Part shown: one piece after another, positions 63,699 through 64,000 of the stretch | Layout: the number at the start of each line of letters is the position of its first letter | Numbering within the stretch: position 1 is the stretch's first letter | DNA from: Squalus acanthias | Taxonomy: Eukaryota | Length of the DNA: 64,000 bases | Assembly: GCA_030390025.1 (NCBI GenBank) | Contig: CM059432.1 | Span: 73,162,001 to 73,226,000 of the forward strand | Direction: 5' to 3' | The notes under the pieces: model-generated | Seen by the model: the letters and a program-made list of their open reading frames with translations, nothing else | What the model was told of the DNA's origin: nothing | The model's database searches: none | Translations under genes and position numbers: made by a program

Positions 63699-64000
63699 AA
63701 TTAGTTCAGCACTCTAACAATAGTCGTAACACTTGCAAGTCAATGTGACATTCTCTTTATCACATCAAAAAATGTAAAAAGAACTTTCTGAATGCGTGTG
63801 TGTATATGTATAAAACGGCTCAAAGAGTGACATGGATTATTCTAGGACTTAAGCCTATGAGTTATGACATCTGACTTGCAGAACTGAACTTGTTTTCATT
63901 GAGGAAAAGGAGATTGAGGAATAGTCCAGACATAATCCAGACTGGGTGATGCAATAAACTTGGCCTTGCCCTTTAGAAACATAGAAACATAGAATCTAGG

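Overview
Eukaryotic, repeat-dense DNA, most likely intronic or intergenic sequence from a cartilaginous fish (inferred from Deu-domain SacSINE1-like SINEs, CR1 LINEs with 8-nt tandem tails, a Penelope element and many PIF/Harbinger derivatives). I found no recognisable host exon; the ORF track is explained by TE fragments or low-complexity DNA. Many insertions are nested with readable junctions. Main observations: (1) two copies of a CR1-group (Zenon-like) LINE carry a tRNA-like A/B-box 5' head, lack ORF1 and an in-frame AUG, and have a sense strand almost free of TTTT, suggesting an autonomous RNA Pol III-transcribed LINE. (2) A young Penelope element has a minimal hammerhead ribozyme, and there are tiny mobilised derivatives: a 194-bp fold-back with a GUC hammerhead and 17-bp TSD, and a 67-bp insert starting at the predicted cleavage site. 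(3) There is a 2.3-kb polypurine array with higher-order repeats. (4) Repeat-poor blocks may be conserved non-coding elements. All calls are by eye; family names are from recalled motifs, not database searches.
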